Shown in pieces: positions 32,101 to 40,938 of a stretch of DNA of 64,000 bases. A program made the translations under genes and the position numbers. The stretch spans positions 54,590-118,589 of the forward strand of contig JAIBDD010000002.1 in the NCBI GenBank assembly GCA_024679565.1, read 5' to 3'. Within the stretch, counting starts at the first letter, position 1. The number at the start of each line of letters is the position of its first letter. The DNA comes from Bacteroidota bacterium (GTDB taxonomy: Bacteria; Bacteroidota; Bacteroidia; NS11-12g; UBA9320). The notes under the pieces were generated by a model that made no database searches, was not told where the DNA came from, and worked only from the letters and a program-made list of their open reading frames with translations.

Positions 32101-32431
32101 CGTTTTCGAGTGCTTTTCCGTGTTTGTTAACTCGGCCGTTTGATACGTTTCGATAGCTTTCAATCGCACCAAGATCATAGGCATTTAGTCTATCTCCTGA
32201 AGGAAAATATTTGCTCTCGTTTTCGTTTTTCCAACGCTGATATCCTTTCCAACCGCTACCTTTCCCTGTACCATTTTTATCGAAATAGACTTCCGCTGAA
32301 TCAACAACTTCATAGAAATTGTAGTTGATGTCATCCATCATCCATTTGTAAGACTTTTCTTGACCAAAACCAAGCGTCGCTATTAATGAAATAGATACAA
32401 CTGCTATTAATTTTTTACTTCTCTTAAACAT
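29186..32431 (-). CDS. BNR/Asp-box (sortilin/VPS10-like) beta-propeller protein with GEVED domain and type-A T9SS CTD
   Basis: Start set at MFKRSKKLIAVVSISLIATLGFGQ (32431). At least 7 Asp-box motifs (SDGGKNW, SDGGTTW, NDTGKTW, TDEGQTF, SDNGTTW, QDGGKTW, HDLGQSW). GEVED motif (LESGEVEDYTVIV). C-terminal YPNPNDGKFLIEL...GIYILELNTHQGSLNRKLIID. Confidence 0.8.
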   Translation of the reverse strand: MFKRSKKLIAVVSISLIATLGFGQEKSYKWMMDDINYNFYEVVDSAEVYFDKNGTGKGSGWKGYQRWKNENESKYFPSGDRLNAYDLGAIESYRNVSNGRVNKHGKALENGWEELGPWDANNITSHYSPGIGRVETFWVNPSNTDQIFLGSRSGGFWRTSDGGKNWENTTDTLVVSGVESLSVNPSDNNDILIAARQGGNANTHGLFRSSDGGTTWFETKFNPLATSFGGLGRNHRIYKIAFHPTRTGIIYIGTSNGMYLSKDNLQTWTLVFSGRNTDMEFHPTNPARIYAYDYYQSDRNYLKYSNDTGKTWNNSALIADNNNAKLHIAVSPSAPNNVYVASTNGVWRSKNQGAFFTFLSNPDESCLGFAVSDLDVKNMIYGYVDTEASTDEGQTFKQVTKWSNRNAAYVHADIRTAECLNGVFYLGTDGYLAKSSDNGTTWTRLNDGTAIREFYAVGLSQSNIYANIAGSQDNGTSILKEAGWVEWNGGDGMEGIVQPLNSDWMIGSWQYGSRNITRNGGQTRTSVGNPRRGSGQADWEAPLLLDPLNHFRLYHFADSIFVSDDFGVSWEFYSAPNIGLVKDADIAQNNSDIIAISRNSTIRLTQDGGKTWTDIRSNLPNYSVTDIAFHPLKDSTLVVTYNRHQRDNQKVFISHDLGQSWQNITYNLGDMPLRTVTMDQSDSSYIYVGGEIGVYYKSMNANSWTLYNDQLPNVTVKDLEIHHGSNTLRAASWGRGLWENTTIAKASYPRILQVSTTEVVTDRTPRKGFDQVVTIEIESKNGVKNAKLLWSKNAITLGSEIELENTSGNTWMSKQGIPSEEEGDDIYFKLIVESNSGEITTSYRYHYRVRPFVYCEGRGGSGTGADWIKYVGLESMSNTTNQEYYGDYTDSIVHLMQNQTYTLSMELNYHFELNKVEAWIDYDLDAEFESNERLNMGQIDGSHSSLGTFTIPSDVVLDKELRLRVVCRYTSNEVDPCGLESGEVEDYTVIVSKDTLSSVLDVKSITGALYPNPNDGKFLIELDEACVNGTLVIYDQLGKVVLTKNGLSGTSIEVNSKLTSGIYILELNTHQGSLNRKLIID

Positions 32432-32465
32432 AGTATCCAAATGTAATTCATCTATTGTAAACTGA

Positions 32466-33758
32466 TTACCCCAATCCCCGTTTGTATGTTTCCAAAGCAC
32501 GAATCCTTGCCAATTTATGATCAACCATAGGGTTCGGATACTTCTCAGTTGACACTTCCGGAATCCATTTGGCGACATATTGCCATTGTCCATCAAATTT
32601 CCTTAACTGTTCGATGGGGTTAAATATCCTAAAATAGGGCGCTGCATCACATCCCGTTCCTGCTGCCCACTGCCAGTTTCCATTGTTTGAAGCCAGCTCG
32701 AAATCAAGCAGTTTAGAGGCAAAATATGCTTCCCCCCATCGCCAATCAATCAGAAGGTGTTTACACAAAAAACTAGCGGTGACCATGCGGACACGGTTAT
32801 GCATATACCCTGTTGCATTTAATTGTCGCATTCCGGCATCAACCATTGGGTACCCCGTATTGCCCGAACACCACTTCTCAAATTCTGACCTATCATTCCG
32901 CCATTCAATGCTATCGTACTTTCTCTTGAAATTATGTTCGACAACAGATGGAAAATGATACAAAATTTGCATAAAAAACTCGCGCCATATGAGCTCAGAC
33001 ACAAAAACCGCATTGTCTTTTACTTCACTCAGTATGGTTCTAATACCAATTGTTCCAAATCGCAAGTGCGGGCTTAGGTAGCTTGTTTTATCAACAGCTG
33101 GTAAATCTCGGTTTTGTGCATACCCTGATAAGTCGTCGATATTAAAGGGTTTAACCTCAATATTTGATTTTTCAAAACCTATTTCAGCAAGAGATAACGA
33201 CGCTCCAGCCGTTTTGTACCAGTTCGGTTTGCCTGGGTTTTCCATTGGTTTAACCTCGTTTAAATGTATGTGCTGAAGCCATCTGTTTTTAAAAGGAGTG
33301 TATACCGTATAAGGAGATCCATCTGCCTTAACCACTTCATTTTTTTCGACCATTACTTGGTCTTTAAAGGTGTTAAAAGGGATTTTTTTGGATTGAAGGA
33401 GTTCGTTAATTTTTTCGTCGCGATACCTCCCATAAGGTTCGTAATCGTGATTGGAATACACCGTTGCAATTTCCCAGTCTTTCATCAACGTCTTGAAAAC
33501 ATCTAACGGGTTTCCATTGAACATGAACAACCCTGATTGATGGCGGGTTAATTTTTGATGAATTTCTTTTAAACGCTCGTGGATAAAAGAAACCCGCGGG
33601 TCGTTTGAATCAAGCTCGTTTAGGATTTCATCATCGAAGATAAATATAGGGACGACAGGGTGCCCAGACTTCAACGCCTTGGATAAGCCCACATTGTCTT
33701 CCAATCGTAAATCACGACGAAACCAAAATACGGCAACTTGGTCTTTTTGATTAGTCAT
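32466..33758 (-). CDS. deoxyribodipyrimidine photolyase / cryptochrome-family flavoprotein
   Basis: N-terminal VFWFRRDLRLEDN. FAD-binding region WREFF, TGYPMVDAGMRQL, NNGNWQWAAGTG. Start set at MTNQKD. Confidence 0.85.
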   Translation of the reverse strand: MTNQKDQVAVFWFRRDLRLEDNVGLSKALKSGHPVVPIFIFDDEILNELDSNDPRVSFIHERLKEIHQKLTRHQSGLFMFNGNPLDVFKTLMKDWEIATVYSNHDYEPYGRYRDEKINELLQSKKIPFNTFKDQVMVEKNEVVKADGSPYTVYTPFKNRWLQHIHLNEVKPMENPGKPNWYKTAGASLSLAEIGFEKSNIEVKPFNIDDLSGYAQNRDLPAVDKTSYLSPHLRFGTIGIRTILSEVKDNAVFVSELIWREFFMQILYHFPSVVEHNFKRKYDSIEWRNDRSEFEKWCSGNTGYPMVDAGMRQLNATGYMHNRVRMVTASFLCKHLLIDWRWGEAYFASKLLDFELASNNGNWQWAAGTGCDAAPYFRIFNPIEQLRKFDGQWQYVAKWIPEVSTEKYPNPMVDHKLARIRALETYKRGLG

Positions 33759-33801
33759 TATCTGAAACATAACAGATAAAACCCATTTCCGTTTGCGACT
33801 A

Positions 33802-36456
33802 CTACATTTGGTTCGGAATCTGTTCTGTCGAGAATTCGTATAACCTATCTGCCTCTTCTTCTTTTAGTCGTTTTACCAATTCTAAAGCATCTGGAACAAC
33901 GTCACTACACAACACAATTAACGACCCATCCACCGCGTTGTCTACCGCATGTTTTATGGCCTCAGATTCGGAAGGTATTATGGTTGTTTTAATGTTGGGA
34001 TCATGCATTTTGATTCCATCATCCAACATTTTTATCAACTCCTCCTCCGTTTTACCTCTTAATCGTTTGTCTTGACGAATGATAATCTCATCAAACATAT
34101 CAGCAGCGATGCTACCCATTTCATTATTGTCTTCTACTCTTCTGTCTCCAATTCCTGCTATAATACCGACCTTAACCGTGCACTCAATGTTTTCAATAAA
34201 TTGCTGAAGTGCTCGCATCCCAGCGGGGTTGTGGGCATAATCCAACAGTATTTTGAAGTTCTTAAAGTGGAATAAATTCAATCTTCCTGGCGTTTGGGTT
34301 GGTGAAGGAATAAACGTTTCTAAAGCTACTTTAATATCCTCGTTGCTAAATCCTTGAACGTGTGCAGCTAGTACTGCTGGCAACACATTCTGAATCATAA
34401 ATTTGGCCTTTCCTCCATACGTTAATGGAATATTTACCGCTTTGGATATTCTCATTTTCCATTCGCCACGGCAAATCGTGATATAGCCATTTTCGTAGAT
34501 AGCACTTAAGCCGTCTCGCTTTTGCATGGCTTTGATATGGATGTTTTCCTCGTCCATAGAGAACAGGGCCACATTACATTCCACCTTTTTTCTCATTTTA
34601 TAAACCAGATCATCATCGGCATTCAGGATGGCATAACCATTTGGAAGTACCGTTTCTGGAATTACACCTTTTACTGCAGCGAGTTGCTCGATGGTATGAA
34701 TTCCTTTAAGGCCTAAATGGTCGGCGGCCACATTGGTGACAATTCCAACATCGCAATTCTTAAACCCTAAACCTGCACGCAGCAATCCACCTCTCGCAGA
34801 TTCTAAAACCGCAAAATTGACTGTTGGGTCTTTCAATACAAATTCTGCGCTAGAAGGCCCTGTGCAATCTCCCTTCATCAAAAGTCTATTTTGAATATAC
34901 ACACCATCACTAGTCGTATATCCAACTTTGTAGCCTTTCATTTTCGCCATATAGGCAATCAAACGCGTGGTTGTTGTTTTCCCATTCGTTCCAGAAACAG
35001 CAACAATTGGAATTCTTGCGTTAGAACCTGGAGGGAATAATTTATCTATAACGGGTGCAGCAACATTGCGAGGTAAACCTGTGGTTGGTGCCAAATGCAT
35101 TCTAAACCCAGGGCCCGCATTAACTTCTAGCACCGCTCCTCTAGTATCCGCCAATGGCGTGCTGATATCAGAAGTCATTATGTCGATTCCGCAAATATCC
35201 AGTCCTATAATTTTAGAAATTCTTTCGGCCATAAATACGTTTGCTGGATGCACCACATCGGTTACATCTTCGGCCGTCCCTCCAGTACTTAAATTGGCGG
35301 TGTCTTTTAGTATTAACATTTCACCTTCAGAAATGACTGTGTCTACCGTATATCCCTTAGATTGAATCAACGTTTGTGTCAACTCATTCACCTTTATCGC
35401 GGTTAACACTTTTTCGTGTCCGTATCCACGTCTTGGGTCTTTGTTTACCTCGTCAATTAATTGTTGAATAGTTGATTTACCATCACCAATAACATGAGCC
35501 GGTGTTCTTTTTGCCGCAGCAACCAACTTGTGATTGATAACCAACAGTCGGTAGTCGTCACCCACAATAAACTTCTCAACGATTACCGCTCGAGACACCT
35601 TTTGCGCTTCTCTGAAGGCAACCAAAGCGTCTTCATAACTGTTTATGTTCACTGTAATTCCGCGACCGTGATTCCCATCGATTGGTTTAACCACTAGCGG
35701 AAAGCCAACATATCTGCAGGTCTCTTTCAAACTGCTTTCGCGTCTGATTATTTCTCCTCTTGGTACCTCAACTTCCGCCTGTTCTAAAAGATATTTTGTA
35801 TCCTCTTTGTCGCAGGCTAACTCTACGGCAATGTTGCTCGTTTCGCTTGTTACTGTGGCTTGAATTCTTTTTTGATTAGCTCCGTAACCCAATTGGCAAA
35901 GAGAATATTTATTTAACCTTAACCACGGTATGCCGCGTTTTTCTGCCTCTTCAACGATTGACCCAGTGCTTGGCCCGAGTCGTTCGTTTTCTCTTAAAAC
36001 ACGCATTTCTTGAATGTCTTCATCCAAGTCATATGATTCTCCACTAATTAATGCTTCACAAATGCGAACAGCAGCTCTCGCTGCATAGCGTCCCACATTT
36101 TCTTCCATGTACGCAAAAACCACATTATATACACCCTCTTCTCCATAACCACGTGTTCGTCCGAAGCCAACATCCATACCCGCTAAGGTTTGAATTTCTA
36201 GAGCAATGTGTTCAATAATATGACCCATCCAAGTGCCTTCTTCCACACGTTGAAAAAATCCACCTGGTGTACCCACTGAACATCTGTGGGCAAACATCGT
36301 AGGAAACATGTACTTTAACCTGTCTGCAAAACCATCAATTTTATCCGACGGTTTTTCTTCCATATCTTGAAGGTCAAGCACCATTACGATCAATCTGTGT
36401 CTTCTTACAGACCAATAATTTGGCCCTCGCATTGCTTGTATTTCTCTAATCTCCAT
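33802..36456 (-). CDS. cphA: cyanophycin synthetase
   Basis: 884 aa. N-terminal MRGPNYWSVRRHRLIVMVLDLQD...IDGF matches the CphA N-domain. Central ATP-grasp segment. C-terminal Mur-ligase-type P-loop VSGTNGKTTTTRLIAYM. Confidence 0.9.
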   Translation of the reverse strand: MEIREIQAMRGPNYWSVRRHRLIVMVLDLQDMEEKPSDKIDGFADRLKYMFPTMFAHRCSVGTPGGFFQRVEEGTWMGHIIEHIALEIQTLAGMDVGFGRTRGYGEEGVYNVVFAYMEENVGRYAARAAVRICEALISGESYDLDEDIQEMRVLRENERLGPSTGSIVEEAEKRGIPWLRLNKYSLCQLGYGANQKRIQATVTSETSNIAVELACDKEDTKYLLEQAEVEVPRGEIIRRESSLKETCRYVGFPLVVKPIDGNHGRGITVNINSYEDALVAFREAQKVSRAVIVEKFIVGDDYRLLVINHKLVAAAKRTPAHVIGDGKSTIQQLIDEVNKDPRRGYGHEKVLTAIKVNELTQTLIQSKGYTVDTVISEGEMLILKDTANLSTGGTAEDVTDVVHPANVFMAERISKIIGLDICGIDIMTSDISTPLADTRGAVLEVNAGPGFRMHLAPTTGLPRNVAAPVIDKLFPPGSNARIPIVAVSGTNGKTTTTRLIAYMAKMKGYKVGYTTSDGVYIQNRLLMKGDCTGPSSAEFVLKDPTVNFAVLESARGGLLRAGLGFKNCDVGIVTNVAADHLGLKGIHTIEQLAAVKGVIPETVLPNGYAILNADDDLVYKMRKKVECNVALFSMDEENIHIKAMQKRDGLSAIYENGYITICRGEWKMRISKAVNIPLTYGGKAKFMIQNVLPAVLAAHVQGFSNEDIKVALETFIPSPTQTPGRLNLFHFKNFKILLDYAHNPAGMRALQQFIENIECTVKVGIIAGIGDRRVEDNNEMGSIAADMFDEIIIRQDKRLRGKTEEELIKMLDDGIKMHDPNIKTTIIPSESEAIKHAVDNAVDGSLIVLCSDVVPDALELVKRLKEEEADRLYEFSTEQIPNQM

Positions 36457-36601
36457 ATCCTTCTATGTTATTATGCTGGTAAATGTGACCAAAAGCCACT
36501 AATGACGCGATAGAAGGCGTTGTTGTATACGCCTGCTGTACAATAATAACTTTTTTAATAATTAATGAAATTATACTTTGTTTTATTTACAAATTTGCGG
36601 G

Positions 36602-37465
36602 ATGGCAAAAGGGACACTAATTCCAATTGGAGGTAATGAGGATAAAGGAGATGGTTTAACAGAAAACTACTCGTTAGATTTTATCGAACAGGGAATATTA
36701 TCACACGTTGTTCGCGAATGTGGCGGAACAGATTCTTTAATTGTAGTTATTCCAACAGCATCAAGTATTCCTGAAGAAGTAGGTGAAAATTACCTTGACG
36801 CCTTTCAAAAATTAGGGTGTAACAATGTTTTGGTTTTAGACATTCGAAAAAAAGAAGACTCAGAAACTGCACATGCCATCGATCTGATTACCAGAGCCAA
36901 TTGTGTTATGTTTTCTGGCGGAGATCAGTCAAAAATTGCGAAAAAGATAGGTGGCACCGCTATTCATAAAATTCTAATGGACCGATATCAGGAAGATAAA
37001 GGTTTTGTGATTGCTGGAACAAGTGCTGGTGCGATGGCCATGTCCAATGAAATGATTGCAGGTGGAAGTAGTACGGAAGCATTTATTAAAGGTGCTGTTA
37101 AAATGTACACGGGTTTGGGTTTGGCTCCAGGCATAATGTTCGATACCCACTTCATAATGCGTGGTAGGTTTGGAAGAATAAGTGAAGCTGTTGCTAAGCA
37201 CCCAGAATTAATAGGCATAGGCTTAGCTGAAGACACTGGCTTGGTGATTAAAGAGGGTAATGACCTGAAAGTAATTGGGTCAGGGATGGTCATCATTTTT
37301 GATGGTAGCAGCTTGGTGCACAACAACGAAAAAATATTAGAGCCTGGTACACCAATGACCATAACCGACTTGAAGGTTCACGTGCTCTCTAATTCAGATA
37401 GATTTTCATTGACAGAAAGAAAGGTTACGGTACTTCCAATTGACGCACCTTTCGAGTTCGACTAA
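36602..37465 (+). CDS. cphB: cyanophycinase (peptidase S51)
   Basis: GTLIPIGGNEDK N-terminus. Ser nucleophile block VIAGTSAGAMAMS. Diverges from cphA across a 145-bp promoter region. Start set at MAKGTL (36602). Confidence 0.85.
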   Translation: MAKGTLIPIGGNEDKGDGLTENYSLDFIEQGILSHVVRECGGTDSLIVVIPTASSIPEEVGENYLDAFQKLGCNNVLVLDIRKKEDSETAHAIDLITRANCVMFSGGDQSKIAKKIGGTAIHKILMDRYQEDKGFVIAGTSAGAMAMSNEMIAGGSSTEAFIKGAVKMYTGLGLAPGIMFDTHFIMRGRFGRISEAVAKHPELIGIGLAEDTGLVIKEGNDLKVIGSGMVIIFDGSSLVHNNEKILEPGTPMTITDLKVHVLSNSDRFSLTERKVTVLPIDAPFEFD

Positions 37466-37471
37466 TACTTG

Positions 37472-38404
37472 CTATTTGTAAATCGCAACCTGGGTTTCTT
37501 GACCAGAAATATGTTGCGCTCTATACATCCCTTCGGTATTAAATGGCATAGTTATATTGCCTTCTGAATCGACAGCAATTAATCCCCCATCTCCACCGAT
37601 TTCAAGTATTCTCTTGTTAATTACTTCGTTAGCAGCCTCCTCAAGTGTGCAACCTTTAAATTCTATAAGTGCGCTTACCTCATAAGCAACAACACCTCGA
37701 ATAAAGAACTCTCCACTGCCGGTACAAGAAACAGCACACGTTTTATTATTTGCATAGTTCCCAGATCCAATCATTGGGCTATCACCTATTCTCCCAAAAC
37801 GCTTGTTAGTCATTCCGCCAGTAGATGTAGCAGCAGCTACGTTGCCATTTTGATCTAATGCAACAGCACCTACAGTCCCAAATTTGTGATCCTTAGACTT
37901 AGAATGATCGAGTTGAAAAGAATCCGTGTCTTTAATTTCTTGCCATTGGTCGTAACGCAATTGGTCAAAGAAGTATGCCTCGTCCACTGTTTTGACGTTT
38001 TGAGATTTTGCAAATTCCATAGCTCCATCTCCACCTAAAAAAACGTGTTCAGAATTATCCATGACCTTGCGTGCCAACTGAATTGGGTTTTTAATCCCAG
38101 ATATTAATCCTACTGCACCTGCTTCTTTGTTGGACCCGTCCATTATGGAGGCATCCATTTCATGTGCGCCATCTGCCGTGAAGACACTTCCTTTGCCTGC
38201 ATTAAACAGAGGCGAATCTTCCAAGACTGTAACCGCTTTTTCAACGGCATCGACAGCTGAACCACCATTTTGCAAAATTTCGTATCCAGCATTAATACTG
38301 GCTTCGAGTGATGCTTTATACGCTGCTTCTTTACTGGTCGTCATCATACCTTTAACCAAGGTTCCTGCCCCACCATGTATAGCGATAGAAAATTTATTCA
38401 TCAT
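37472..38404 (-). CDS. iaaA: isoaspartyl dipeptidase / plant-type L-asparaginase (Ntn hydrolase)
   Basis: IAIHGGAGT N-terminus. Autoprocessing/nucleophile region GTVGAVALDQNGNVAAATSTGGMTNKRFGRIGDSPMIGSGNYA. Confidence 0.85.
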   Translation of the reverse strand: MMNKFSIAIHGGAGTLVKGMMTTSKEAAYKASLEASINAGYEILQNGGSAVDAVEKAVTVLEDSPLFNAGKGSVFTADGAHEMDASIMDGSNKEAGAVGLISGIKNPIQLARKVMDNSEHVFLGGDGAMEFAKSQNVKTVDEAYFFDQLRYDQWQEIKDTDSFQLDHSKSKDHKFGTVGAVALDQNGNVAAATSTGGMTNKRFGRIGDSPMIGSGNYANNKTCAVSCTGSGEFFIRGVVAYEVSALIEFKGCTLEEAANEVINKRILEIGGDGGLIAVDSEGNITMPFNTEGMYRAQHISGQETQVAIYK

Positions 38405-38412
38405 TCAATCTA

Positions 38413-39453
38413 TTACTTGTACCACTTCTTTTTAAGCCAAAACGATAAACGCACCAACAAAATTAATGCCGGTACTTCTACTAATGGTCCTATCACACCT
38501 GCAAATGCTTGCTTACCATGTATACCAAAAACAGCGATGGCTACAGCAATGGCTAATTCAAAGTTATTACCAGCGGCAGTAAACGAAACTGAAGCGTTCT
38601 GTGCGTAAGTCGCTCCCAACAATTTGCTAAATAGGAAACTGATAAAAAACATCACGACAAAATAGATAACCAATGGAATCGATATTCTTAGTACGTCCAT
38701 AGGTAAATCAACAATGTACTCACCCTTTAGCGAAAACATCACGACAATGGTAAATAGCAGAGCAACAAGAGTCATGGGTGATATTTTGGGTATAAACGTA
38801 TTGTTGTACCAGTCTAACCCTTTTTGTTTGACCAACAACGCTCTTGTAACAATACCGGCTAAAAAAGGAATACCTAAATAAATGGCCACACTCTCGGCAA
38901 TTGTGCCAATAGATATATCGACTATGGCCCCTTCAAAGCCAAATAGTGGTGGCAGTTTGGTAATAAACAACCAAGCGTAAAAACTATATCCAAATACTTG
39001 AAAAACACTATTTAACGCAACTAAGCCAGCACCATACTCACTACTTCCGTCAGCTAAGTCGTTCCAAACCAGAACCATAGCGATACAGCGCGCCAAACCA
39101 ATTAAAATCACCCCGACCATGTATTCAGGGTAGTCATGCAAAAATGTCACGGCCAATACGAACATCAAAACTGGTCCGATTATCCAGTTAAGCACCAGCG
39201 ATAACGTAAGTACTTTTACGTTCTTAAAAACCACAGGAAGTAGGCTATAATTAACTTTGGCTAATGGTGGATACATCATGAGTATAAGGCCAATGGCAAT
39301 TGGAATATTGGTTGTTCCATGACTCAAAGAATCAACGACTTTGGCTGTGTTTGGAACGAAATATCCAATGGCAACACCAAGCGCCATTGCGATAAAAATC
39401 CAAAGTGTTAAGTATTGGTTTAAGAAGCTAAGTTTTTTTGTGTTTTTAGACAT
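38413..39453 (-). CDS. acr3: arsenite efflux permease, ACR3 family
   Basis: 346 aa with ~10 TM helices. N-terminal [27 protein letters not shown] is typical of Acr3. Confidence 0.85.
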   Translation of the reverse strand: MSKNTKKLSFLNQYLTLWIFIAMALGVAIGYFVPNTAKVVDSLSHGTTNIPIAIGLILMMYPPLAKVNYSLLPVVFKNVKVLTLSLVLNWIIGPVLMFVLAVTFLHDYPEYMVGVILIGLARCIAMVLVWNDLADGSSEYGAGLVALNSVFQVFGYSFYAWLFITKLPPLFGFEGAIVDISIGTIAESVAIYLGIPFLAGIVTRALLVKQKGLDWYNNTFIPKISPMTLVALLFTIVVMFSLKGEYIVDLPMDVLRISIPLVIYFVVMFFISFLFSKLLGATYAQNASVSFTAAGNNFELAIAVAIAVFGIHGKQAFAGVIGPLVEVPALILLVRLSFWLKKKWYK

Positions 39454-39461
39454 TGTTAAGG

Positions 39462-40055
39462 TTATTGTGAAAATAGGAATTTCATTTCTGTTGCAATCTT
39501 TTCAGAAGTTTTCAAATAGGTTTCAGTTTCAGTCTCTGTACCATCCGACGCTTTAGGGTCAATATACGTTAAGGGGATTCGCTTAACCGCATGCGGAATA
39601 ACAGGACAGTTTTGATCGGCATGATCGCATGTCATAATGGCTATAAATCGTTTGGGATTCGCTTCATCAGAATGGAGCTTCGAAAAAAGTGAAATAGGTT
39701 CTTTCTCCGCATCGAAATTTACATGATATACGGGATTGTTTAGTCCGGTTCGACTCACTTGGAAACCGGTCACCTCGAGTGCATGTACTGTTCGAGGGTT
39801 ACACTCGGTTATCTCTACCCCGCCCGAAAAGCAATTCACATCATACGCGAAATACTCCGATAAGCATTGTGCCCACACTTGAGCAAACTGGCTTCGTCGA
39901 GAGTTGTGGGTGCAAATGAAGTTAAGGTTAACTTCTCCATTTTGCTCCATCTCTTGTTTTATTTGCTCCGACACGTCACGCAACTGGGCCTGCCGTGGTA
40001 AAGGAATAGCCTCAACAGACAGGTCGTCGATATATATTTTTAATGATCCCTCCAT
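39462..40055 (-). CDS. arsC: arsenate reductase-like low-molecular-weight phosphotyrosine phosphatase with N-terminal extension
   Basis: P-loop CTHNSRRS (CX5R) lies about 58 aa into the protein (58 from MEGSL). Unusual ~45-60 aa N-terminal extension. Start at MEGSLKIY (40055) avoids overlap with the upstream gene. Confidence 0.65.
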   Translation of the reverse strand: MEGSLKIYIDDLSVEAIPLPRQAQLRDVSEQIKQEMEQNGEVNLNFICTHNSRRSQFAQVWAQCLSEYFAYDVNCFSGGVEITECNPRTVHALEVTGFQVSRTGLNNPVYHVNFDAEKEPISLFSKLHSDEANPKRFIAIMTCDHADQNCPVIPHAVKRIPLTYIDPKASDGTETETETYLKTSEKIATEMKFLFSQ

Positions 40056-40056
40056 A

Positions 40057-40530
40057 TTAACAGCAACCACCGCCCGGTGTACAGCACGATTCAGCATCGG
40101 GTGTTAATGACGCCAAGCTCTTCTGTACTTTTTCCATAGGTATGCCGCAATTGTCTTTAGCTAAGCAATCTGTATAGGTGTTTGTTAAAACAAAATCTTT
40201 CCCGTCGAAACTCAGCCCATACTTTCCAATCGTATTGGATTGATATTCGACCTCAATATCACCATCGGTCAATTCAAGTATGTTTTCAGACAAGTTGATG
40301 ATGTCCAAAAATTTGGTAGGAGCAATTCGATGATCATAATCGTTGGCTTCCCAGAGCTGGAAGTTAATCGTGTTGTCCTCTCTTACTTTTCCACCGCAAT
40401 CGATGAAATGTTTTGACACTGCTCCAATTTCTGTCACATGAAAATGTTGTGGAACATACGAACCGTTAGGCAACTTGAAGCGAACTTCGCCTATTGATGT
40501 TAGCTGTGATTTTACTTCTGATAATTTCAT
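40057..40530 (-). CDS. ars-operon-associated protein (DUF6428-like) with C-terminal vicinal-cysteine tail
   Basis: Start set at MKLSEVKSQ. Ends ...ESCCTPGGGCC. Lies between arsR and arsC on the same strand with 1-10 bp gaps. Confidence 0.5.
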   Translation of the reverse strand: MKLSEVKSQLTSIGEVRFKLPNGSYVPQHFHVTEIGAVSKHFIDCGGKVREDNTINFQLWEANDYDHRIAPTKFLDIINLSENILELTDGDIEVEYQSNTIGKYGLSFDGKDFVLTNTYTDCLAKDNCGIPMEKVQKSLASLTPDAESCCTPGGGCC

Positions 40531-40540
40531 ATTTATACTT

Positions 40541-40873
40541 TTAACAACAGTTGTCTCCGCAAGAGGTAAATTGATCAAACAATTGATTGAGCATGTTTCT
40601 AATCTCTTCCCATCGCAAAGGGTTTATACAATAACTTACAGAAGTTCCCTCAATGGAACCCTGAATGATACCAACGTCTTTGAGTTCTCGTAAATGTTGA
40701 CTAATCGTCGCCTGTGCCAAACCCAACTCAGCCACCAAATCTCCATTTATACAAGCATTTGTTTTGAGTAAATGTTGAACAATGGCTATCCGTGCTGGGT
40801 GTGCAAAGGCTTTTGAAACCGTTGCGAGCTCATTTTGCACGTTGTCAAATAAATTTTTCTTAGTAACCCTCAT
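40541..40873 (-). CDS. arsR: ArsR/SmtB family metalloregulator
   Basis: HTH LAQATISQHLRELKDVGII. Canonical ELCVCDL replaced by NACINGDL. C-terminal SCGDNCC cysteine cluster. Confidence 0.8.
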   Translation of the reverse strand: MRVTKKNLFDNVQNELATVSKAFAHPARIAIVQHLLKTNACINGDLVAELGLAQATISQHLRELKDVGIIQGSIEGTSVSYCINPLRWEEIRNMLNQLFDQFTSCGDNCC

Positions 40874-40938
40874 TTGTATATTGCAATATTACGATGAATG
40901 TATTAAACCAACAACATAATTATCAGTAATCTTAAAAT

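Noticed and set aside
32432-32596. 5' extension of the BNR/GEVED protein (tracked start 32596) overlapping the photolyase gene
   Set aside because: The internal Met at 32431 is followed by a textbook signal peptide (MFKRSKKLIAVVSISLIATLGFGQ) and removes the 130-bp overlap with the downstream photolyase gene.
40056-40578. Upstream starts for arsC (40097) and the DUF6428-like gene (40578) that would create 41-bp and 38-bp gene overlaps
   Set aside because: The in-frame starts at 40055 and 40530 give non-overlapping, tightly packed genes (1-10 bp gaps). The choice remains unverified.
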